Below are positions 47,250 to 59,660 of a DNA stretch of 64,000 nt, in pieces. Origin of the DNA: Anthoceros angustus. Its lineage: Eukaryota; Plantae; Anthocerotophyta. The notes under the pieces were generated by a model. That model searched no databases and was not told the DNA's origin. It saw only the letters and a list, made by a program, of their open reading frames with translations. How positions within the stretch are numbered: position 1 is the stretch's first letter; the number at the start of each line of letters is the position of its first letter. The stretch spans positions 248,001-312,000 of the forward strand of contig MU008215.1 in NCBI GenBank assembly GCA_010909165.1, read 5' to 3'. A program made the translations under genes and the position numbers.

Positions 47250-47681
47250 CAGGGTGTCATTTTGACCCCGTCCCAATGCCGGGACCGGGAGCTCGGTCCC
47301 GGTCCCGGCATGTGTTAAAAAAAACATGGGACCAGAGGTTTTTCAAGAGTCCGGTCCCCACCCTCGGTCCTCTATTACCCTCAAGGACCGAGGGTTCATA
47401 AAAGGTCTGGTTTAAAATTAGTAAATTATTTAATTTTATATCCAAGGATTTATATTTATTATGAACACATGGACATCTTATCATGGACGAAGTTTGCAGT
47501 CTGCCGGCTAGGCTGCAGTCTGCGGACTCCGCAGTCTGCAGTCTTTTATATTATTATTTATAAATTATTTATTTAATATTATTATATTTAATGACCAAGG
47601 TCAGCACGGTCCCTCGTCCGGACGAGCGTAACTAGGTAGACGGTCCGGACCGAGCTAGTACTCGGTCAAAATGACACCCTG
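47250..47681. mobile_element. hAT-like non-autonomous element (MITE)
   Basis: 18-bp TIRs cagggtgtcattttgacc / ggtcaaaatgacaccctg; 8-bp TSD attcaagc / aatcaagc (7/8 match); gggaccg/cggtccc subterminal repeats. Confidence 0.88.
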
Positions 47682-47723
47682 AATCAAGCCGATGGGAGGG
47701 TTCTCCACATATGACTGGATGAT

Positions 47724-48286
47724 GTTGCCGTGCTTATGGACGGGGTTTCATACCATGGTGCCTTTAATTTGCTCGGAACCTACACAAAGTCCCATTTATG
47801 GTTCATCATGGCGTCTACGAATAGCGGGCGTTGAAGAGGGATTCAACTTACCTACAGTCCCAACAGTTCTACGCCCTAGGGACACGACCTACCCACCGCT
47901 TCATGAACCGTCGCATCCGCTCCATCACCACACCTGCACAAACAAACAATCATGATGGACACACAATGTTGTATCTTGTAAGACACACTTAAAGAAAGAT
48001 GTTCTGCAATACATGAGATCTTGCCCATGGTATCAGAGCCGGAATGACTATGCCCCTTTCCGCATCTTCCCTAGGCCTGGCTCGAGAGGTGAAGTTCTCG
48101 ACGGTCGCCAGAGACGATGGCTCGCAACAGGGGACATCATCGACACCCAGCCCCCGAAGATGCTGCAAGCCTCCGCTATTGCACCTGCGAGCGGCGGTAG
48201 TTAGAAGTATAGAGGCGCAAGACCAAGCCTGAAATCAAGAGACTGACCTGAACTCCACGAGTTGGAGAGACGCTGTTCAAGCTACG
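47724..48286 (+). mobile_element. LTR, PBS and truncated leader of an LTR retrotransposon
   Basis: tggtatcagagcc at 48028-48040 preceded by ...cttgccca; LTR start uncertain. Confidence 0.6.
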
Positions 48287-48660
48287 TCAGTTGAAAGCAC
48301 TTCCGCCCTTCGAGGCCTCGTGGACGTCACACTTCGAAACGTTCATCCACTGGTCGAAGGCAGGGGTTCCTAGAGTGGGACAAGGCATGGACCCATCGAC
48401 TGTTGTCCAAAGGTCTGCATTCTCGAGGTGTCCTCTCATCCCGGTGGCCCAGACATCGTAATCCACGTCGGTAAACCTGTCCTTTTCTTTTATCTCAATG
48501 CCCAAACTGCCGTATTGTGTGCTAGGGTTTACACCACTACTACTTGTGCTGCTGCCAGCCCTCCGACATTCATTTGTTAGGAATTCAGGGGGCTCTTGCG
48601 GGCAGTTCTTGCTTGCGTTCCTGGGAGATGGGTCTCTCTTCAATTAGGGTCGCCAAGTGG
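48287..48660 (-). mobile_element. Copia gag N-terminal fragment
   Basis: DYDVWATGMRGHLENADLWTTVDGS matches the copia gag N-terminal pattern (Y..W...M...L....LW..V.G). Confidence 0.65.
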
Positions 48661-49639
48661 GTGTAGGCTTCAGCAGTTAATTAAAGTTGAATACAAAATT
48701 GAATGAAGTACTTTGTTAGGATTAAATTTGAATACAAAATTGAATTAAGTACTTTGTTAGGAGGTGTGACCATTTACCCTAGATATTAAATAAATTATAA
48801 ATAATAATTAGTAGGTTAAAGTAGCAAATGCTTGAATCTCTTACATTGAGGAAGAGTTCTATAGGAGAAGAATGGGCATACAACAAGTAACAAGAAGTTC
48901 TCTACACTACCGGTAATATCGTATCAGGGAAAAAATCAAATGTCAATATAATACGACTAACGTCTTCTTCATATTTTTTTCACATAATATTGAGATAAAC
49001 ACAAAATATGAGGGTAGATATGGATAGAAGAGTCACTTTGGATCTATATATCTATGCATTGCTGGGCAGAAAATATGTTTGGGAAGTTTGGGAATGAGGA
49101 CTCGGGACTCGCGTTAGCAAGAGACACACAAAGGCCTGCAAAGATAACGCAGTATCAACCTCAAAAGAAAGATCCCTTTACTTGAGTGGCAATCGCTCTC
49201 TTATACTACGTCCCGAGGGAGCGCCTTTATTACACCCCTAATTCAAGCTAATGTCCAGCTCACTATGCCCCAGCAAGTGGCTCTCCTCCTCCCTTATTTT
49301 CCCTACCTACGTCTACGGCGGTGGGGCTGTGGTTGACCATGGTTCCCCAGGCGGCAAATCCCGCTGCACTGCGAGCACCATTTGGATGATCCTTGACCCT
49401 CGGGTCGAGGCTCTTCCCTACCTCTGGTGAGCGGGCACTACTCCGGAGGCAGATCCGAGTCTGGTACGGACCCTAAGCACGGTGCTAACCCCTCACTTCT
49501 AACACGAAGGCGCGTCTCCAAAGGTGGCTTTTGCTGGATCACGTTTGGGAGTATGTTAGGGCTGCTCGGGCTCTCGCTGGGCCGGTGGCATGCTCTCGGT
49601 TTGAGAATGCCGGTGTCAAAGTGGTTGTGATATACTCAT

Positions 49640-51800
49640 ATCTTAGGGTCTAGGGAGCAAGGTTAAGGAGACTTTTGAATTCTTCTCCTCAGAGCTCTCT
49701 CGCCTGGGCTTGAATGTCAAGATCTTGGAGTGTAGGGTTTGGATTCCATTAAGTGTTTCACCCTCTTTACTATCCTCAAGAGGATATTGCATCTCCGCGG
49801 GGGCTTTGAGTTCTTAACGTCCCTAGCCTTCATATTCGAATATGTGGATGCAACGCTTTCTCAATTGGGGAACTTGCAAGTGGCGTTTGGGATCCTCTCT
49901 TTCTGCTATGTGCGTCGGCCAGGGTACCTTCTCCGAACGGTTTCTCCCTCCCCGGTTTTCTTATCTAGTCTAAGGGATTTTGAGAAATAAATTATGCAAG
50001 CGTTGGACGCCATCTTTGGCCTAGGCACCTTCGAGTGCACTACCGGGGATTTGGTGAGGCGGGAGGCATTCTTTCCTATTGCTTTTGGGGGCATGTCATG
50101 CCATGAACTGTATACACAGTGACTGATATGACACATGGGAAGTAAAGTGACAAGAACAGATAACACTGACATATGGCATAAGCCATGTGTCATGAAGTGG
50201 TGAATGAGCTCACATGGGCATGAAATGTATGCATGTATGTGCATGCATGTGGATGGATGACATATGAAATGGTATGTAGAGAGAGAATGTGCCATAACAT
50301 GCATGAGCCATGTATGTCTCTATGACGCATGTGAGGAATGATGGAATGGTGCATGAGGATGCGGACTGGTTATTTATAAAGCCATAAACAATAGAAAATA
50401 CAAATCGGGACCAAAGACCAAGGACATAAGTAATTATCTTCAAATAGGTATTATTGCCAAAGGCTAAGGATTAAATAGCTATATCCCCTAGGCGCTCACC
50501 TTTTCTTCTATTGTCTATTGGGAAGAAGGTGCGCGTAGTAGCGGGAGATAGCAAGAGCCAGAGGCTATATATATAGCTCAACACTCCAAGCTAAGTGGGT
50601 TGTTGATGTTTGTCTAGTAATGAGGTAGCTATACTTCGTCTCTACATTGATTCTTTCTCTCTTTTGTAACGTGTTGGGATCGCATTCTGGTGCAGGAGTC
50701 TCAGACCTCAGGCACGTTTTTCTGTTCGCGGGCTCTAGGCCTTTGTTAAGCAGTAGCCTCTGATCAAGCCTATAGTTAGGGGCCTTATCACTTCTATTTT
50801 TGACCTTGGATGCTGCAGCCTAAGTGTTGAACATGGCATCTAGGCATGGCAGCTCTGTTGCTTTGCAACGCGATAGGCACTAGTTTACTGGCCACGGAGG
50901 CCTCTACGCCAGCGGCTTTCCTAGGGAGCTAGGCCCTCTCTGCCCCCATCCTGGCTTCTCGTCTCTTAATCCGGGATTCGCGTATCTTGGAGGCCTTCAT
51001 CTTGGGCGTTGCGGCAAGGGCATTCCCCCTACAAGCGTTTTTAAGGTTGGCCAAGGGATCTTTATCCTCATATGGAGAGGCGCAGCTAGCCCTTCTCCAT
51101 GATTTCTCCATTCCCAGGCCCTTTCGAGCCGCCTCCGCTCTTGCTCGGGGAAGGGAGCAGGTTCCTTGCTTCTGGTCAGGCCTAGGCGTTCCGCATCGCA
51201 CTAGTAGCTTTTTCCACCATGATGAGATTTACCAGTTGGTCCGATGCTCGCTTTCTCAACATGCAGGGGCCCTCAGACAGGATCACCTGCATTCCTCACT
51301 GCGGCAAAGCACATATGGCTCACGCATGTTCTTGATGGCTAAGGAGAACGGGTTCTTTCTCTATAGAGAGCGCCCTTATACCCGACTCAATGGCGTTTCT
51401 CTAAGGGCTGACCTATTTTTGACCCTAGGAGACTAGATTTCTGTTGTTGACGTGGTTGTAACAAATCCCTTCCTGAACAATGTCTGTGAGCATGTTATCC
51501 TCAACCCTTGGGGTTGAGTGGCGGAGGGGTGCGCGACTGCAAAGGTCCAGAAGTACTCTCCCATGCAGGATGGCCACATCTTCATCCCCTTTGCCATCAA
51601 GACTCACGGGGCCATGGCCAAGGATTTTTCTAGGTTCGTCAAGGCCTGTGCCAAGGCTTACCACAATCGCAAGAATGGGGTTGGTCTCCCCCTTCATTGT
51701 ATTGTGGCTTGAAGCTTTCTTCAAGCAATGGGTATCCATCGCCCTATAGAGGGCGTTGGCGAACGTGATGCTAAGGACGGCGGCTAGCACTGGATGTGGC
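49640..51800 (+). mobile_element. Degenerate CRE-like non-LTR retrotransposon (RT C-terminal half and restriction-like endonuclease)
   Basis: LSQLGNLQVAFGILSFCYVRRPGYLLRTVSP and PAAFLGS in the RT region. HHDEI...RERP...SLRADL...VVDVVVTNP...AKVQKY...FIPFAIKTHG follows the RHD / R(P)D / D / K..KY / F.P.A.ET.G RLE pattern. Confidence 0.7.
50094..50710. mobile_element. Putative solo LTR (CATG-rich) inserted in the CRE-like element
   Basis: Starts tgtcatgcc, ends ...cctca. Flanks gggca and ggca(c) fit a 5-bp TSD if one G is lost. Confidence 0.4.
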
Positions 51801-52533
51801 ATCTTCGGTCCCTGTGGTAGGTAGGCCTTTTTCATATCCCTGACCACGAAATTCTTCGCTCTGCAAATAGTTTCGGGATGAGTGATGGCGGGGGTTAGTC
51901 CCCTTGGCTTGGTCCCTTCTGCGGGGTTTTCCCTTTTTTTCTCGGGGTAGATGGGTTTCCATTTTTTTTTTTTACACAATGTCTCCACATTCTCCGATCC
52001 GAAGTTCACAACTTCTCACCCAATGCTCTAAATTGTAGCTAGAGGTCGATAGCAGGCCTGAGCGGATGCCGTGTTGGGCATGCGCTAGAATGAGCAGCGC
52101 CACAAGTAAAGGCTGGGAACTGGCACTTGGGTAAAGGCCTGAACTGCGTTCTCCAACGGTTGGAGGATTCGATCTGGAGTCCAACCTGCCATGCGAGGAC
52201 TACATCCCAATGATGTGATTGGCCTAGAATGCGTTCGAACCGTACCCCAGTTGGACTACCACAGCATGCACGCGCTCACCGCAGACGAGAATTTTTTCTG
52301 CCATGCACCTCTTGAGGACACTATAGAAGAGCGTGTGGGAGACATGGCATCCTCGCTGCTCCAGGTCCATCTATTTGGCAACCATGTGAGACTACGTTTT
52401 GGTGTCTTTTGCCATGGGTACCCAATAAAACACCGTTTGCACTGTCCTTCAGGGTGGTGTGGTGATGCCCAGTACCTGGGCATTCTGCCGTAATCAGTTG
52501 GTAGACTCATCTTACGACAGGGGTCCATGAACG

Positions 52534-55333
52534 ATGGCCACAGTATGCCAACCTGACCCGCTTGGGACGCAACAAATTGGTTTGTGTTCAGGGATTCGAC
52601 GAGGAGATCCCTCGCATCTCGCTTTACGGAGTCAACCCTGGACAAACAATCAAACCTCCAGGTGCAGCAGCAGTGTAAGGAGCCCAACACTTCCACTTCC
52701 GAGAAAATGTGTGGGTGGGGACAGATTTTCCAGCGATGGTCGTCGCGAGGAGGACTTGTGGGAACATTTTTTTCTGGATCCTACCATGTGGTGGGACAAC
52801 AGACGAGATAAGAAGAGCTCCCGTTCGCCTGACTTCCGGCGTAAGGGGTCCGACGAGGTCCTGCGGTTAAACAGCATGTTGAAGCCACCTTGGGTTGATC
52901 AGCAGCTGGTTTCCTTGGATATGCAGATGGGTCATGATGTTTCTCCTTCCAAGTCGAGCTCTCCGGTTAGACCTGGCAGGCGTGAAGGATCAGGTACGGG
53001 CGTTGTAACGGCTAGAACCGTGAGTATGTTATGTCAGCAGGGGGAGCTTTCTGAGACCATTGAAGCCCTGGAATTTCTGGCGCAGACAGACCATGCTATT
53101 TCTCAGTCTCTGTTTTATACCGTGCTAAAACTGTGTGCATCTAAGAAGGATCTGGTTGTGGGCCGACGAGTCCATGATCTCAGTGTCAAACTTGGGTGAG
53201 TCGATGCATACTTGGGGAACCATATCTTGCGCATGTATGCATGTGGAGGTAGGCTGAGGAGGCCATGGATGTGTTCACCAGGGGCAAACCAGATGCCTTC
53301 ATGTGGTTTTCCATAATCTCTGCACATGCTAAGCATGGGAAACCTAATGAGGCCATACAACTGTACCATGAGATGCGTAGGTCAGGAGTGAAGGCGGATG
53401 CTCACGTCTTTGTAGCTGCCTTCAAGCTTGTGCATTTGCCGCCGACTTGGAATCTGGCAGAAAGTGCACTGTGATGTGTTGCACAGTGGCATTCCTTAAC
53501 TTGTTTGTTGGCAACTGCCTGGTGGACATGTATGCAAAATGTGAACTGAAAGATGCACGCCAGGTTTTTGACAGCATGGCCACAAAGGATGTGGTGACAT
53601 GGAATGCCCTGATTGCTGGGTAAGCAAGGGTTTGGACAGAGGCGCTTGTTCTATGGACAAATGGAGCAGGAGGGCCTGATTTTGGCTGACCATGTTACTT
53701 TTGCTTGCCTTCTGAAGGCCTGTGCAAGCACTGGTGCCTTACAGAAGGGCAGGCAGCACTCACAGATTGTTGAAAGAGGACTGCTGGATGACATACTGGT
53801 GGGCAACTGCCTGGTGGACATGTATGCAAAATGTGGTGAACTGAAGATGCACGCCAGGTTTTTGACAGCATGGCCACAAAGGATGTGGTGACATGGAATG
53901 CCCTGATTGCTGGGTATGCACAGCAAGGGCTCGGACATGAGGCTTGTGTATGGACAAATGGAGCAGGAGGCCTGATTTTGGCTGACCATGTGACTTTGCT
54001 TGCCTTCTGAAGGCCTGTGCAAGCACTGGTGCCTTACAGAAGGGCAGGCAGCTGCACTCACAGATTGAAAGAGGACTGCTGGATGATATACTGGTGGGCA
54101 ACTGCCTGGTGGACATGTATGCAAAATGTGGTGAACTGGAAGATGCACGCCAGGTTTTTGCAGCACAAAGGATGTGGTGACATGGAATGCCTGATTGTAT
54201 GCACAGCAAGGACTTGGCCAAGAGGCGCTTGTTGTGTATGGACAAATGGAGCAGGAGGGCCTGATTTTGGCTAACCATGTTACTTTTGCTTGCCTTCTGA
54301 AGGCCTGTAAGCACTGGTGCCTTATAGAAGAGGCAGGCAGCTGCACTCACAGATTGTCGAAAGAGGACTGCTGGATGACGTAGTTGGCACCTGCCTGGTG
54401 GACATGTATGCAAAATGTGGTGAACGAAGATGCACGCCAGGTTTTTGACAGCATGACACAAGGATGTGGTGACATGGAATGCCCTGATATCTGGGTATGG
54501 TACTTGTGATGAAGGTCACAGGCACTAGCTTGTTTTGAGGAGATGTTAGTTGCCGGTATTCAGCCTGATGCTACTTTTACTTGCCTAGTAGCATGCAGTC
54601 ATGAGGGACTGGTCCACGAGGGTCGAAAGCACTTTGATTCCATGGCTGAACAGCATGGCATCAAACCTACTATTGAGCATTACATTGCATGATTGATCTT
54701 CTTGGGCGTGCAGGCCATTTAGATGAGGCAGAGAAGATGCTTATCATGTGAGGCCAAAGTAATGTTGTGGGCTTGACGTCTTTGTTGAATGCCTGCAAAA
54801 GTCACGGGATATAGAGGGGCGTGGTGTTTTGAAAGCATTGTTAGGCTGGACCCTCAGGCATCTGCATGTGCTCATGGCCAATGCCTATGCAGATGCAGGT
54901 AGGTGGACGATGTAGACAGGATTGAAACACAGAGAAGGTAGCAGGAGCTAACAAGAAACCTGCAGTGGCGACCATTGAGGTGAATAAGCAGGTACATACA
55001 TTTCTGGTGGGAGAAAGGAGAGATGATATTGAGAGAGAGCATGAACGTCTGAAGGAAGGAGGCCACGTACCTCACACAAAGTTGGTGTTGAAGCCACTGT
55101 GTGAGAAGGAAAAGGAAGATGCTTTGTGGGCATGCTGAGAAGCTAGCTCTGGCGTTTGGTCTCTTTGAACACTCTGAGTGGGACACCTCTGGTGGTAACG
55201 AAGAATCTACGCATGTGCAGTGACTGCCACAGTTCCACGGAGATCATGTCAAGGCTTGAACAGAGAGACATTGTTGTAAGGGATGGGTACGCATCGATTC
55301 GCATGGTTGTTGCAGTTGTAAGGTCGACCGTGA
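52534..55333 (+). CDS. PPR gene 4: PDF motif, PLS array with 4 YAKCG S-motifs, E1/E2, DYW:KP; frameshifted
   Basis: ORF 52534-53199 has [19 protein letters not shown] in frame with the first PPR motif. kpavatiev-encoding DNA at about 54955; HAEKLA, CSDCH and aaggtcgaccgtga end. Confidence 0.8.
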
Positions 55334-55676
55334 GAATAATATGAAGCCAGTTCAAGTGCGTTCAAGCTTTTGTCCATCCCTATCCTGAGACATGGATGTA
55401 CACTGATCCACTCTCTCATAACAGTCACCAGAATCGAATGAATCTCTTTCAATGAAGATTTGGACAATGAACAGTCTCTGTCATGAAACTGATCAACCAT
55501 CACAGAGTCACGTGGAATGAAACTCTCACCCTTGTAGACTGGAATCCTCAATCGCATGGGTACACCTGCTTTCACCATGCCTTTCGTGTACTCAACTGCA
55601 TCCTTCAGGGTGGTGGTCACAGTGCACCTGGGCATCCTACTTTGTTAGGTCTCATCCCGACAGCGGTCCCTGAACG

Positions 55677-58240
55677 ATGGCCAGTGGCAACCGGACCGTT
55701 GTGGACCCAACAAATTGTGTGTGTACAGGGATTCTACGGAGCTCGCTCACCTCACCTCAGGAGTCAACCCCTGGCTCCGTGCAGCAGTGTAAGGAGCCCA
55801 GCACTTCCACCTGAGAAATGTGGTGGGGACGGATTTCCAGCGATGGTCGTCGCAGGAGCAGGAGCACTTGTGGCAACAATTTTTCTGGACCCTACCATGT
55901 GGTGGGACAACAGACGAGATAAGAAGAGCTCCCGTTCGCCTGACTTCCGGCGTAAGGGGTCCGGCGAGGTCCTGTGGTTAAACAGCATGTTTAAGCCAGC
56001 TTGGGTTGATGAGCAGCTCGTTTCCTTGGATATGCAGATGGGTCATGGTGCCTCCTTCCAAGTCGAGCTCCGGATAAGCCTGAACCTCAGGCGTGCAGGA
56101 TCGGAAATGGGCGTCGTAACGGCTGGAACCGTGAGCATGTTATGTCAGCAGGGAAGCTTTCTGAGGCCGTTGGAGCCCTGGAATCTCTGGCGCAGAGACT
56201 CTGCCATTTCAGTCTCTGTTTACACTGTGCTGAAACTGTGTACAGCTAAGAAGGATTTGTGGGGACGAGTTCATGATCTCACTGTCAAACTTGGGTACGA
56301 GTCGAATGCATACTTGGGGAACCATATCTTGCGCATGTATGCATGTGGAGGTAGGCTAGAGGAGGCCATGGATGTGTTCACCAGGGTGGGCAAACCAGAT
56401 GTTCATGTGGTCTCCATAATCTCTGCATGCTAAGCATGGGAAACCTAATGAGGCCATACAACTGTACCATGAGATGCGTAGGTCAGGAGTGAAGGCGATG
56501 CTCACGTCTTTGTAGCTGCCCTTCAAGCTTGTGTTTGCCGCCGACTTGGAATCTGGCAGAAAGTGCACTGTGATGTGTGCAGTGGCATTCCTACTAACTT
56601 GTTTGTTGGCAACTGCCTGGTGGACATGTATGCAAAATGTGAACTGAAAGATGCACGCCAGGTTTTGACAGCATGGCCACAAGGATGTGGTGACATGGAA
56701 TGCCCTGATATCTGGGTATGCAAAATGGTGAACTGAAAGATGCACGCCAGGTTTTGACAGCATGACAAAGAATGTGGTGACATGGAATGCCCTGATTGGG
56801 TATGCAGCAAGGCACATGAGGCTTGTTCTGACAAATGGAGCAGGAGGGCCTCATTTTGGCTAACCATGTTACTTTTGCTTGCCTTCTGAAGGCCTGTGCA
56901 AGCAGCCTGAAAAGGCACTGAGATTGTTGAAAGAGGACTGCTGGATAATGTAGTGTGGCACCTGCCTGGTGGACATGTATGCAAAATGTGGTGAACTGGA
57001 AGATGCACGCCAGGTTTTGACAGCGGCCACAAAGGATGTGGTGACATGGAATGCCCTGATTGCTGGGTATGCACAAGGACTTGGGCCAAGAGGCGCTTGT
57101 TCTGTATGGACAAATGGAGCAGAGGCCTGATTTTGGCAATGCTTGCCTTCTGAAGGCCTGTGGAAGTACTGGTGCCTTACAGAAAGGCAGGCAGCTCCAC
57201 TCACAGATTGTGGATAGAGGACTGCTGGATGACGTACTGTTGGGCACCTGCTTGGTGGACATGTACGCAAAATGTGGCAAACTGGAAGATGCACGCCAGG
57301 TTTTTGACAGCATGAACACCAAGAACGTGGTGACGTGGAATGCCCTGATCTCTGGGTACGGTTCTTGTGATCATGGGAAGACAGCACTATCTTGTTTTGA
57401 GGAGATGTTAGTTGGTGGAATTCAGCCTGATGGTGCTACTTTTACTTCCCTTCTAGTAGCATGCAGTCATGAGGGACTGGTCAACGAGGGTCGCAAGCAC
57501 TTTCATTCCATGGCAGAAGAGCATGGCATCAAACCTACGATTGAGCATTACACCTGCATGATTGACCTTCTTGGGCGGGCCGGCCAGTTAGATGAGGCAG
57601 AGAAGATGCTTTTGTCATGTGAGGGCCAAAGTAATGTTGTGGGCTTGAGGTCTTTGTTGAATGCCTGCAAAAATCACGGGGATACCGAGAGGGCAAGGTG
57701 GTGTTTTGAAAGTATTGTAAGGCTGGACCTCACGGTGCGTCTGCCTATGTGCTCATGGCCAATGCGTACGCAGATGCAGGTAGGTGGAGCGATGTAGACA
57801 GGATTGAAACACAGAGAAAGGTAGCAGGAGCTAACAAGAAACCTGGAGTGGCTACCATTGAGGTGAATAAGCAGGTACATAGATTTCTGGTTGGAGAAAC
57901 GAGAGAGGATATTGCACTTAAGGTGGAGAGCACGAATGCACGTCTGAAGCAGGAAGGAGGCCACATACCTCACACAAAGTTGGTGTTGAAGCCACTGTGT
58001 GAGAAGGAAAAGGAAGATGCGCTTTGTGGGCATGCTGAGAAGCTAGCTCTGGCGTTTGGTCTCTTGAACACTCCGAGTGGGACACCTCTGGTAGTAACGA
58101 AGAATCTACGCATGTGCAGTGACTGCCACAGTTCCACGGAGATCATGTCAAGGCTTGAACAGAGGGATATTGTTGTGAGGGATGGGTACCGTGTGCATCG
58201 ATTCGCAGATGGTTGTTGCAGTTGTAAGAATCGACCGTGA
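55677..58240 (+). CDS. PPR gene 5: PDF motif, PLS array, E1/E2, DYW:KP (KPGVA, NRP end)
   Basis: [19 protein letters not shown] in ORF 55483-56433. Clean 245-aa and 163-aa ORFs give P2-L2-S2-E1-E2 and KPGVATIEV...CGHAEKLA...CSDCH...CSCKNRP*. Confidence 0.85.
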
Positions 58241-58519
58241 GAACAATGAAGGAGTAGGTAGTGCTAAGGCGGTCACGCCAGAAAATTATCACCTTTATTT
58301 AGGGGGGTGAAAGTGCTTGCTTAGCTCCATCCCTGTCGAAACATGGACTTACATGGTTACACGATCCCACCCCTCATACTACAAGAGTGTTTGTTATGAT
58401 TGAAATTTAAGACTTGATGTAATTAAGGCAGCATGAACTATGGATTCTTAAAGGACCTCGAAAACATAACGTTTTCTGGGCACTGCTCCATGGAATACCG
58501 AAGTCGTCACCGGGCATGT

Positions 58520-58692
58520 GCATGTGTGTTCCAAGAGAACAGAAATATGTGTGTCTATGAAAAATCATGGATGACAACATCCGAACACCAGAGCGCATGT
58601 GTGTTCCAGGCGAACAGAATATGTATATGTGTGTGTATGAAAAATCTTAAAGGGGTGGAAAAATCATGGATGATAACATCCAAACACTAGAG
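58520..58692 (+). repeat. Imperfect direct duplication downstream of gene 5
   Basis: catgtgtgttcca...gaacaga..atgtgtgt.tatgaaaaatc and aaaatcatggatga.aacatcc.aacac.agag each occur twice. Confidence 0.75.
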
Positions 58693-59176
58693 TATGAATA
58701 ATTGGTCACGCGCATCCACATTTTTTAGGGTTGTGGGATAAAGAATAGTCTCCGCATAATGGGCGGAACTATTTCTGATGCCACGCATGACCACATCGGT
58801 CGGGGCTGCAGCCCAGGTGTACCGATGTCATCAACCTACTTGATGATGCACACAAAGTTTTCACGATACGCAGAAACTTTTTTTCTCTTGGGTTTAGGGT
58901 TGCGTTTAGGGTCATTTGCGTTTTTGTGCCATTGCGATGCATCTAGGCGCGACACAAAGCGCGATGTGGGTGGAGTACCTTTTACATTTGCGTTTGCGCT
59001 GCACTCATCATTTGTGTTTGCGGCACTAAGTCGTTGTTCGCAAGCATGTGGCTGCGTGTTTAGCACCGGGTGCATATAGGGCCGCTGAACATTTCTGCCT
59101 TCATATGGGGTGCGTTTCACATAGCACTAAGTATCCTGAAACAAGCTTGTACCGCAAGGACCAACACAAGAAGGGT

Positions 59177-59660
59177 GTCATGGCATGTAGAGGTCTAGAC
59201 AGTCAGGCAGTGTGTAGGGTGCGACGATGAGTGTGTGTGTGTTCGGTGTGAGTATGTGAGGAGAGGCGATGCATAGACCATAACTGCATATATGTGATTG
59301 GGATGTGATGGCATGATGGGTAGCATGTATATAGGTGTGGGATGGACATCATGGCAGCATGAGCCATGCATGCGGAGCAAGGACAAGCGCAATTAAGGCT
59401 CAGCGACGAAGATCTCTCTGGGTGCGCGGGCGCGCCGATGGCTCTTCGAAATCCGGGCCGATGTTTAAGACTGGCGGCGGTGTAGGCTAAAGGTGCAATC
59501 CGTCATTGATCATGGATTGTTGATGTCTCTGTGAGAATAGCCACATGATCCCAAGCGTTCTCAAGCATCTTGTGTGTGATTTCAGTGGTGATGTGTGTAG
59601 AAGACGGTGACCACTTGAAGTTGAGTGGATTTTTTGCACATCAACAATCCGCTGCTGACG
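59177..59660 (+). mobile_element. CATG-rich LTR-like sequence, start similar to 50094
   Basis: tgtcatggcatg start and similar ATG/CATG-rich composition; end not defined. Confidence 0.3.
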
